Source: Raja brachyura
Taxonomy: Eukaryota
NCBI GenBank assembly: GCA_963514005.1
Contig: OY740805.1
Coordinates: 23,932,001-23,996,000, forward strand
Reading direction: 5' to 3'
Length of the DNA: 64,000 bases
Below the pieces are notes generated by a model. That model did not search any database and was not told the DNA's origin. It worked only from the letters and a program-made list of their open reading frames with translations. Positions 22,801-34,800 of this stretch are shown here, one piece after another; position 1 is the first letter of the stretch, and every line of letters begins with the position of its first letter. The translations under genes were made by a program, and so were the position numbers.

Positions 22801-25800
22801 AAGGGCCAAATGGCCTCCTCCTGCACCTATTTTCTATAATTCAAATCAAAAAACTCTATCTCTGCATTTCTTAAAAATCCACTGAATTGGCCTTGACAGC
22901 CTTCTGTGGCAAATAATTCCACAGATTCACGACCCTCTGATTAAATACATTTCTCCTCATCTCATTCCTAAAAGAATTCTGAGGCGATGACTAGTCCTAG
23001 ACTCTCCCACCAGTGGAAACATCCTCTCCACGTCCACTCTATCCAAGCCTTTCACTATTCCGCATGGAGCGAAGGAAATAGGCTACGTTTTGGGAGAAAG
23101 GGTTCTCAATTCTGAATTTTGTTGAAGGGTTTCGGCCCAAAATGTTGCCTATTTCCTTCGCTCCATAGACGCTGCTGCACCCGCTGAGTTTCTCCAGCAC
23201 TTTTGTCTACCAGTGATAGATAGATTCTTAATTAGTACGGGTGTCAGAGATTATGGGGAGAAGGCAGCAGAATGGGGTTAGCAGGGAAAGATAGATCAGC
23301 CATGACTGAATGGCAGAGTAGACTAGATGGGCCGAATTGCCTAATTCTGCTCCTATCACTGATGATCTTGGTCAGAAGCTCCCTCACCATCTGTGATTGG
23401 GAAATCGTCCCAGATCAGTGCTCGCTCACCATCATGGATGGGAGCTCCCTTGTTGTCTGGGTCAAGAGACGCCTCACAGTCCCAGAGTGGAAGCTCCCTC
23501 ACTACACTATATCAGAGCTCCCTCACCTCCCTGGATCAGAGCTCCCTCACTGCCCCAAATGGGTGCTCCCACACCTTCCCGGATCATAGCTCCCACTCCG
23601 TTACACGCAGGGGCTTAATTACTGAGGTCCTACCTACCTCTCCTCTCGAGTGCTGCGTCACCAAGCCGAAGAGCTTTCTGCAAGTCTGGAATGCAGCTGC
23701 TTTTCACTGCTTGAACTGCAGCATTATTAAAGAAAGTCTGTAGGTCCTGTGCATTGTTCAATAATATAAGGATACCAGTGGCAGAACAGTTCACTGTGAC
23801 CAGATCACAGTCAATCTCACCGACGTCTTGGATGGCAAACTTTACAAACAGATGGATCGTATTTTCAGACTGTGTGCAGCCCCAAAGCCCCTGGAAGTAG
23901 CTGATATCTGTAAGGAACCAATTGTCATTAATGAGAAGCCATTCCCTACTGTAGATTGGTTATTGCATGTGAACCAATCATAGTAGAGTAGCATCATTAA
24001 CCCCACCTTACTGTATGCTTTATATTAACACCCACTTCGTACATTAAGTAGTCTTGGAAGCGGTAGTGATGAATTAATGACTAACAACCTGCTGTACCGC
24101 TATACTATGTGTTACAATTAAAGATGACTTTAAACTCCAGGCCTCTGTAACATAATCATTTACACCAGCCAAACATGGAAATGCGACATGCACTGTGTGC
24201 CCACGAGATGCAGGGAGCAGCAGACTGTAGTGTGGGAATGATGCTGGAGCAGGGGCTGGGGTGGAGTAAATGCAGCGTTGTCGGTGATGGTACAGCACGC
24301 AATGTCCCAAACGACCTGTGAACACGGGTGAGCAAATGTGTACAGTCAGGGTGAGGGGGTACATGGGATGACCATGGTGAGGGGCTTTGTGTGCACTCAC
24401 ATCATTGTGTGCCAAGCAGGGGATCAAATAGGAGAGGGTGTACCGTGCATCGTTGTGGGCAGAGCAGGACCTTACAATGAGAGATGGTGCAGCATGCATC
24501 ATTGTGGGCAGAGTAGGGGATTACAGTGAGATGGTGTATTGAGGATCAGGGTGTGTATAGAGTACGGGTTACAGTGAGATGATGTGCATTGCATCATTGT
24601 AATTCTAATTGTAATTCATTTATTCACCAAGTATGTAAAAACATGCAAAGAATTTGATTTGCCATTCAGTCACACCAAAAAAGCAACAAGACACATAAAA
24701 CAACATAAAAATTTACAGAAACACCCATCACTGTGATGGGATGGAAGGCATTGGCGTATTATCTTCTTCCCTGCTTTTCTCTCGTGTTCGCGGGGCAGTC
24801 GAACCATCCGCAGGCAGGGGTGATCAAAGCTCCCGCAGCCGGAGATGAAGTTCCCGCGTCGGGGCGATCGAAGCTCCTGCAGTTTGAGCTCCCAAAGTCG
24901 ATCCCTAACCAAGGGACCATGATTTCCACGATGTTAAGTCCGCAGGCTCCTGAAGTCGATCCCTAACCAAGAGACCGCTAGCTCCACGATGTTAGGCCGC
25001 AGTGTGGACAGATTTACGATACGGAAAAAGTCGCATCTCCGACGAGGAAAGAGGCAAAAACGTTTCCCCCCATCCCCCACATAATACAAAACTGAAGATA
25101 CAATAACACATACCTTTAACAATGGACTCTAAACAACAAAAGAAGAAACGGACAACACGGACTGTTGGCGAGGCTGGCTGCCATCGTACGATGCCACCTG
25201 GTAGTAATCCATTGTGTGTATATTGCAAGGGATAGTGAGAGATGGTGTACTGTGGATCAGTTTATACAGTGCAGTGGATAGTGAGACATGGTGTACTGTG
25301 CATGGAAACATAGAAAATAGGTGCAGGAGTAGGCCATTTGGCCCTTTGAGCCTGCACCGCCATTCAATATGATCATGGCTGATCATCCAACTCAGTATCC
25401 CGTACCTGCCTTGTCTCCATACCCCCTGATCCCTTTAGCCACAAGGGCCACATCTAACTCCCTCTTAAATATAGCCAATGAACTGGCCTCAACTACCTTC
25501 TGTGGCAGAGAATTCCAGACAATTTCACTCTCTGTGTGAAAGTGTTTTTCTCATCTCGGTCCTAAAAGACTTCCCCCTTATCCTTAAACTGTGACCCCTT
25601 GTTCTGGACCTCCCCAACATCGGGAACAATCTTCCTGCATCTAGCCTGTCCACCCCTTTAAGAATTTTGTAAGTCTCTATAAGATCCCCCATCTTCTAAA
25701 TTCCAGCGAGTACAAGCCGAGTATATCCAGTCTTTCTTCAAATGGAAGCCCTGCCATCCCAGGAATCAGTCTGTTGAACCTTCTCTGTACTCAGTTTATA

Positions 25801-28800
25801 CAGTGCAGGGGATAGTGAGAGATGGTGTACTGTGCATCGGTGTGGGCAAAGCAGGGGATCACAGTGAGATGGTTTACTATGCATCAGTGTGCATAGAGCA
25901 GGGATTACAGTGAGCGATGATGTACTGTACATCTGCATGTGTATAGTGCAGGCGATAGTGACAGAGAGAGTGTACTGTGCATCATCGTGGGCAGAGAAGG
26001 GGATCACAGTGAGAGATGGTGTACTGTGGATCAGTTTATACCGCAGGGGATCACAGTGAGAGATAGTGTACTGTGGATCAGTTTATACCGCAGGGGATGA
26101 CAGTGTGAGATAGTACACTGTGAATCTGTTTGTACAGTGCAGGGGAATCACAGTGAGAGATGGTGTAGTGTGCATCAGTGTGTCTGTAGAGCAGGGCGAT
26201 CGCATTGAGACCAAAGTTGTCGGCACGTTGCTGCCTTACAGCGCCAGAGACCCGGGTTCGATCCCGACAATGAGTGTACGGAATCTGTACGTGCTCACTA
26301 TGACCACGCCGGTTTTCTCCAGGTGCCTCCGGTTTCCTCCCATATTCCAAAGCAGGGAAAGGAATTCCTGCTGCTTCATCGGATCCATCTGATAGCGTGA
26401 AATTTACTGTGAGCCTGAGAGGTGAGAGGGGCACAAAGACACATACCAAACACTGAGCCAAATATCCTCAATTGTTCAGAGACAATCATGTGAATGGTGT
26501 CTGCGATCTCCTTCTGCCGTGTCCAGTACTCTGCCGTGAAGCCGTTCGCAATCCACTGCTGCCTGGGTACCACTTCTTTGAGGGAGCTGTCAAAGTAATC
26601 TATCTGCAGATCATCCAACATCCCAACCCTGGCGAAGGCTGGCAGTTCAGGAACGCTGAGGGAGTAGGTGCCGAAATATTTCAAGCTGTGGGAATCTGAG
26701 CAAAGGACACAAGGGAAGAGTGTTAGAAACAGACCAAACGAAAAGGTCGAATGCCCAGAGAATACCCATCAGCTGAAGGGTGGCACGGTGGCATAGCGGT
26801 AGAGCTACTGCCTTACAGCACCAGAGACCCAGGTTCAATCCTGGCTATGGGTGCCTGTCTGTACGGAATTTGTACGTTCACCCCGTGACCTGCGCGGGTT
26901 TTCTCCGATATTCTCAGTTTCCTCCCACCATCCAAAGACGGACAGGTTTGTAGGTTAATTGGCTTGGTATAAATATAAAATGATCCCTAGTGTGTGTAGG
27001 GTCGTATTAATGTGCGGGGAATCGCTGGTCGGTGCCCCGAAGGGCCTGTTTCCACGCTGTATCTCTAAACTAAACTAAAACAAAAAAGAGCCTGATGGAA
27101 TAAGTTGGGGGTTAGATTTATCATCGTCACGTGTACCAAAGTACAGCAAAATGTTTTGTTTTGGATGCTATCCAAACAGGCCAGACATACTATACATAAA
27201 TACAATTAATTCAAATTGAGTACAACAGATAGAGCAAAGGGGAAAATGCAGAAAATATGGTTTACACTTTACATTTTAGAGATATAGCCCTTTTAGGAAA
27301 CAGGCCCTACGGCCCACCGAGTCTGTGCCCACCAGCAATCATCCCATACACTATCAGTATCCTACACGCTAGGGACAATATTCAATTTTACCAAAGCCAA
27401 TTAGCTGACAAACTGTAGCATCCAAAAAAACCCATGTGGTTTCAGGGAGAACGTACAAACTCCATACAGACAGCACCCGTTGTCAGTCTCTGGCGCTGTA
27501 AGGCAGCAACTCTACCACTTCACCACTGTGCCACACTTCCCAGCATTGATTTAATACAAAAGGAGCTGCAAATGCTGGTTTATACCAAAGATAGACAGAA
27601 GATTGCTGGAGTAACTCAGCAGATGAGGGAGCATCTCTTGCGAAAATGGATTGGTGATGTTTCGGGTCGGGACCCTTCTTTAGATTGATTGTAAGTGGAG
27701 TGGGGGGTGGGGACTGGAAGCAAGAAAACACCAGGACAAATGAGGGCTGGCAACATATGACCTCAGGCAGGGTGGTTCCCTGATAGGGCAAGAATGGTCT
27801 ATCTTTAGTTCTTGACATTGACAAGCAAGAATTGCATTGCCCTATCTGGGACATGACAATAAAACTCTCTTGACTCTCTTGTAAGTGTAACAGTTCCATG
27901 AACATAGCTCAACGTATGCAATGTGGCGATGGTGAATCGGACAGTACCCTAGCTTATGGAAGGACTGCTCAGAAACCTGACAACAGAGGGGATGAAGCTG
28001 TTCCCGATGTTGGGGGAGTCCAGAACAAGGGGTCACAGTCTAAGGATAAGGGGGAATTCCTTTAGGACCGAAATGAGGAAAACATTCTTTACACAGAGAG
28101 TGGTGAGTCTCTGGAATTCTCTGCCACAGAAGGTAGTTGAGGCCAGTTCATTGGCTATATTTAAGAGGGCGTTAGATGTGGCACTTGTGGCTAAAGGGAT
28201 CAGGGGGTATGGAGAGAAGGCAGGTACGGGATACTGAGTTGGATGATCAGCCATGATCACATTGAATGGCGGTGCAGGCTCGAAGGGCCGAATGGCCTAC
28301 TCCTGCACCTATTTTCTATGTTTCTATGTTTCTATGTTTCCTGAGCCTGGTGGTGTGTGCTTTCAAACTTCTGTACCTTCTGCCAGATGGGAGCAGGGAG
28401 AAGGAGGATATGAAAGGTTTGATCGAGCAGGATGTCTGTGATAATGAAGGCTGATTTTCCAAGGCCCTCTGAATTGTAGATGTCGAATACTCTCCACTTA
28501 GAGTCATCAAATCATTGAGCTCGGAAACAGGTCCTCCGGCTCAACTTGGCCATGCTGACCAAGATGCCCCATACAAGCTAGTTTCATTTGCTGCATTTTC
28601 CCCAAATAGTCATTCAGCACAGAAACAGGTCCATCAGCCCAGCTTGCCCATGCTGACCAAGGTTCTCCATTTACAATAGTCCCACCTGCCCACGTTTGGC
28701 CCATATCCTACCAAACCTTTCATTGTCATTGAGTGATACAGTGTGGAAACTGGCCCTTCGGCCCAGCTTGTCCGCACCGGCCAGCATGTCCCAGCTGCAC

Positions 28801-31800
28801 GAGTCCCACCTACCTGCGTTTGGTCCATATCCCTCCAAATTTGTCCTATCCATATACCTGTCTAACTGTTTCTTAAACATTGGGATAGTCCCAGCCTCAA
28901 CTGTTTCCTCTGGCACCTTGTTCCTTACATCCACCACCCTTTGACTGAAAAGGTTACCAAGCAGATTCCTATTAAATCTTTTCCCCTTCACCTTGAACCT
29001 AAGTACTCTGGTCCTCGATTCCCCCACACTGGGCAAGAGACTCTGTGCATCTACCTGATCTATCCCCCCTCGTGATTTTGTACACCTCTATAAGATCACC
29101 GCTCATCCACCTGCGCTGGAAGGAATAGAGATCCAGCCTACTCAACCTCTCCCTATAGCTCAGGCCCTCTAGTCCTGGCAACATTCTCATTAATCTTCTC
29201 TGAACCCTTTCAAGCTTGACAATATCTTTCCTATAACATGGTGCCCAGAACTGAACACAATACTCTAAATGCGGCCTCACCAACGTTCCTATCCGATTGT
29301 CTTTTATATGTTGTTGTTCCTGCATCAACTACCTCCTCTGGCAGAATGAGTGCACCTCCAACCTGCAGACACCATCCCAAAATAAACACTCCCCCTTGTG
29401 TTTGCATTCTGTGCCCCACTATCACTAACAGCCCTTGTTAAAGAAGCAGTACAAGCAGGGCCGGCACAGTGGTGCAGCAGGTTTATAGCGCCAGGGGACT
29501 CAGTGTGGTCTGAAGGACCCATTTCCACGCTATATCTCAAAATAAACTAAAACTTTCCACGCAAAAGGGTGACCAAAACTGAATATAATACTCCAATGTC
29601 ACCACACCTGCGCCTTGTACAGCTGTAACATAACATCACATTTTTATTTCAAAATAGACTTTATTCGAGTAATAAATATATACAATACATCAACCGTGCG
29701 AAAAAAAATCCATCCAACATTTTCGGAAGCTATACAAATTGCTCCATACAGTCTGTATACATTTTTCAAAAATTTCAAATTTCGCGAATCGATCCCCCAC
29801 CCGTGCCACTCATGTGGCCCTCCGGCATGGGATACCTTCCCTTATTTTGAGGGGCGTCTCCACCATACTGTGCCCCCCATGTCCAGCAGCGGAAGGACCT
29901 TAGACTGTGGCCCTCCCCCACCGTGCCTTGGCGTTGGCTGCCCCGAGCTTCAATGTGTCCCTCAGCACGTACTCCTGCAGTCTGCAGTGGGCCAGTCGGC
30001 AACATTCCCCGACGGACATCTCGCTCTGCTGGGTGGTGAACAAAGCTCGGGCAGACCAGAGAGCGTCTTTCACTGAGTTGATTACCCTCCAGCAGCACTT
30101 GATGTCAGTCTCTGAATGTGTCCCTGGGAACAATCCGTAACTCACCGAGTCCTCTGTGACGGAGCTGTTTGGAATAAAGCGTACCAGGGACCCTTGCATT
30201 TTTCTCCAGACTCTTTGGGCAAATCCACACTCTGCAAAGAGGTGGGCAACCGTCTCCACTCCATAGCAGCCGTCCCGAGGGCAGCGTGCGCTGGCAGTGA
30301 GGTTCCGACGGTGCAGGAAGGATCTGACTGGGAGGGCTCCCCTCACCGCCAGCCAAGCCAGGTCTTGGTGCTTGTTGGTGAGTTCTGGCGATGAAGCATT
30401 TTTCCAGACAAGCTGGGCAGTCTGCTCAGGGAACCACGCCACCGGGTCCATCGAGTCCTTTCCCCGCAGTGTCTGCAGGACATTCTGTGCTGACCACTGC
30501 CCAATGGACATGTGGTCAAAGGTGTTGGTCCGGAAGAACCTTTCCACAGACGACAGATGGGGCGGCAGTGTCCAGCTGACTGGCACCATGCGTGGCATCT
30601 GCGCCAGGCCCATCCTTCGCAACACCGGGGACAGGTAGAACCTCAGCAAGTAGTGACACTTGGTGCCCACGTGCCTTGGCTCTACACTCCGCCTGATGCA
30701 GCCACACACGAAGGTGGTCATCAGGATGAGAGCGACGTTGGGCACGCTTTTACCCCCGTTGTCTGCTGACTTGTACATTGTGGCCCGTCGCACCCGGTCC
30801 ATCCTCGACCCCCAGATAGTTCATCGGGAAGACGGCCCGGGTGATCCCTGTGGCGTAGGAAGGAGGGACAGGCCACACCTGTGCCAAGTACAGCAGGCCT
30901 GAGAGCACCTCACACCTGATAACCAAATTCTTTCCCGTTATGGAGAGGGAGCGTTGCCTCCACAGCTCCAGCTTCCTCCCTACCCTGGCTATCCGCTCCA
31001 GCCAATTCTTGTTACATGCCTCAGCCCCCCCGAACCAGATCCCCAGCACCTTCAAGAGGTCAGGCTTGATGGTGAAGGGGACGGAAGATCTGTCGGGCCA
31101 GTTGCCAAAGAGCATGGCCTCGCTCTTCCTGCGGTTCACCCTGGCTCCCGTGGCCGACTCAAACTGGTCGCAGATCCTAATCAGTCTGCGGACCGACCCT
31201 GGATCCGAGCAGAAGACAGCGACATCGTCCATGTACAGGGAGGTCTTTACTTGAATGCCCCCACTGCCGGGCAGTGTCACTCCTCTAATGCTCGCATCCT
31301 TCCTGATGGATTCGGCAAAGGGTTCAATACAGCAGACAAACAAGACAGGAGAGAGAGGGCAACCCTGCCTGACTCCAGACCTTACAGGGAAACTGTCTGA
31401 TTCCCACCCATTGATGTGGACTGCACTACGGATGTCGGTGTAGAGCAGTTTGATCCAATTCCTGATTCCCTCCCCAAAACCCATTTTGGAGAGCACGTCC
31501 TGCGAAATCCTGTCAAAGGCCTTCTCCTGGTCCAAGCTGACTAGGCAGGCGTCCACCCGACAAGACATGAGATGTCCATAACATCACAACCTCTATACTC
31601 AAACCCCTGACTGATGAAGGCCAGTGTTCCCAAAGTCTCCTTGACCAACTTATCTAACTGTGAAGTCACTTTTGAGGAAGTATGTGACTGCACTCATTGA
31701 TCCCTCTGCTCTATAACACTCCCCAGAGCTCAACCCTTCAGTTTGTAGGTCCCGCGCTAGGTTGTGACCTTTCCTTGGTGCATCCAGCACTTACCGTGTT

Positions 31801-34800
31801 GATTTAAAATTTCCATTAATTGATTTTTTTTTAAACTTTCACACAGATTGCTGGAGTAGCTAGTAAAGATTTGATGGGCTAAATGGCCTCCTCTACTTAA
31901 TGAGGAAATATATGAAAATTACGCATTTTTCTTTTTTTGAAAACTTGACTTCATTGCCTTACAGAGGAAGGGAAATCAGCTGTCTGGCAAGGGCCAGCAT
32001 TTCACAATAACGTTCACACGCCCCATCTGTATCAACAGGTCTCACTTCCACCCCGAAAGGAGAGTACTTATCTATGCACTGTGGATGGTTTGATTGTATT
32101 TATGTGTAATTCAGTTTAGTTTAGTTCGGAGATACAGCGTGGAAACAGGCCCTTTGGCCCAATATGTCCATGCCGATAGGCAATCCCCGAGCACTTACAC
32201 TACCCTACACACGCTAGCGAAACGTACAATTTTACCAAGACAATTGGCCCACAAACCTATATGTCTTTGGAGTGTGGGAGGAAACCGGAGCACCCGGAGT
32301 AAGCCCACGCAGGTCATGGGAAGAACGTACAAACTCTGGACAGGCAGCCCCCGTACTCGGGGTCGAACCCGGGTCTCTGGCGCTGTAAGGCTGCAAGTCT
32401 ACTGTTGCGCAGGCATGGCATCCAAAGTAGTATTCTTTACACTGATTGGATAGCACGCAAACATAACTTTTCACTGCACCTCGTGACAATATGACATATG
32501 TGACAATAATAAACATTTAATTAAACTAAAATTTCATAACCGACCAGGCAATATTCCATTCACCACAAGCAACCATCACAGGTGCAGTGCACAAAGCCAT
32601 CTCCCTGACGACACGTAGACAGATACATAGATTGACAATAGACAATAGGTGCAGGAGGAGGCCATTCACCCCTTCGAGCCAGCACCGCCATTCACTGTGA
32701 TCATGGCTGATCATCATAGGAAAGGTTTAGAGGGATATAGGCCAAATGTGGGCAGGTGGGACTAACTTCGATGGGACATCTGGGTTGACATGGACCAGTT
32801 GGGCTGAAGGGCCTGTTTCTGTGCTGTTTGACTGGTTGACTCTAAAAGAAGCATTTTAAGAAATGGGTTATGTCATGGCATGACATGAGAATTAAGGAAC
32901 AGAAGTTTAGGGGCAACATGAGGGGGAACTTCTTTACTCAGAGAGTGGTGGCTGTGTGGAATGATCTTCCAGCAGAAGTGGTGGAGGCAGGATCGATTTT
33001 AACATTTAAAAGTAAAGTGGATAGGTATATGGATGGGAAGGGAATGGAGGGGTATGGTCTGAGTGCAGGTAGATGGGACTAGGGGAAAATAAATGGTTGG
33101 CATGGACTGGAAGGGCCGAGAGGGCCTGTTTCCGTGCTGTAATTGTTATATGGTTAGTGTTAGAGTTAAGAATGGTCTTGACCCGAAATGTCACCCATTC
33201 CTTCTCTCCAGAGAGATTACCTGTCCCGCTGAGTAACTCCAGCTTTTTGTGTCTCTTTTCAAGAAATGACCAGCCATGCTACCATGTTAAATTAAATTGG
33301 TAATTAGGCCCAGACAGGATCATGGCTAAAATGAATCATCCGTGCCCAGGGAGATGTGATGAAGCTGTTAGTACGTTGCATCTCAGTGTGGATAGAGACC
33401 TTCCCCCAGTGCATGCAGAGCACTGCTTGCCCAGTTCATCCCACTGGCAGCGTCTAGGTCTCACACTGACTGAACACTGAATCTCTGTCAGTGCACCATA
33501 ACCTCTGACCAACCTCTCGAAAATGCACAGCCCACTGACAGTGCAGCACTCCCTCGGTCCCCGTCTGACCATGTTATGCTCCGACACTGGGCATTGTAAA
33601 GCTCCCTCAATACTCAGCCACAACACACAAGGTCAAACCCTGCCTGAACCACCCACTCCAGTCCCTTAGATAGACACAAAATGCTGTAATAACTCAGCGG
33701 GACAGGCAGCATCTCTGGAGAGAAGGAATGGGTGACGTTTTGAGTCAAGACCCATCTTCACACCCAGAATATCACCCATTCAGAGATTCTGCCTGTCCCG
33801 CTGAGTTACTCCAGCATTTTGTGTCTATCTTCGGTTTAAACCAGCAACTGCAGTTCCTCCCTACACTCTAGTCTAGCCCCTTCTTCCTCATCCTTCATAC
33901 TCTGAATTGAATTGAAAGATACAGCATGGAAACAGGCTATTCGGCCCATCGAGTCGACACTGTCCATTGATCATCCGTTTACACTAGTTCTATGTTCTCC
34001 CACTTTCTCAACCACTTAACCAATCAACCTACGACCCCGCACGCCTTTGGTGTCTAAAAAAACAAAGAGAAGAGAATGGATAGGCAACGTTTCAGATTGG
34101 GACCATTCTTAGAATCACACTGCACAGAATCAGACCATTCGACCCAACTCGTCCATGCCATGCCGACCAAGATGAGCCATGTACGCTATTCCCATTTGCC
34201 CGCATTTGGTCCATATCCCTCTCAACCTATCCTAGCCACGCACCTGTCCATGTGTCTTTTAAATACTGTTACTGATTCTGCCTCATCTCCCTCCGCCGTC
34301 TGAAGAAGGGTCTCAACCCAAAACGTCACCCGTTTCTTCTCCCCAGCGATGCTGCCTGTCCCGCTGAGTTAGTTACTCCAGCATTTTGCATCTACAGTTT
34401 AAACCCGCATCTGCCGTTTCTTCCTACATACTTCCTCTGGCAACTCATTCCGTATACCCACCACCATCTGAGTGAAAATGTTGCCCCTCAGGTTCCTATT
34501 AAATCTTTCCCCCTCTCACCCTATGACTTCTGGTTCCCAATTTCCATATAACCATATAACAATTACAGCACGGAAACAGGCCTTCTCGGCCCTTCCAGTC
34601 CGTGCCGACCATTTATTTCCCCCTAGTTCCATCTACCTGCACTCAGACTATACCCCTCCATTCCCTTCCCATCCATATACATAGAAACATAGAAATTAGG
34701 TGCAGGAGTAGGCCATTCGGCCCTTCGAGCCTGCACCGCCATTCAATATGATCATGGCTGATCATTCAACTCAGTATCCCGTACCTGCCTTCTCTCCATA

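Noticed and set aside
25790-26200. CRISPR-like array
   Set aside because: Eukaryotic degenerate minisatellite with no unique spacers and no cas genes
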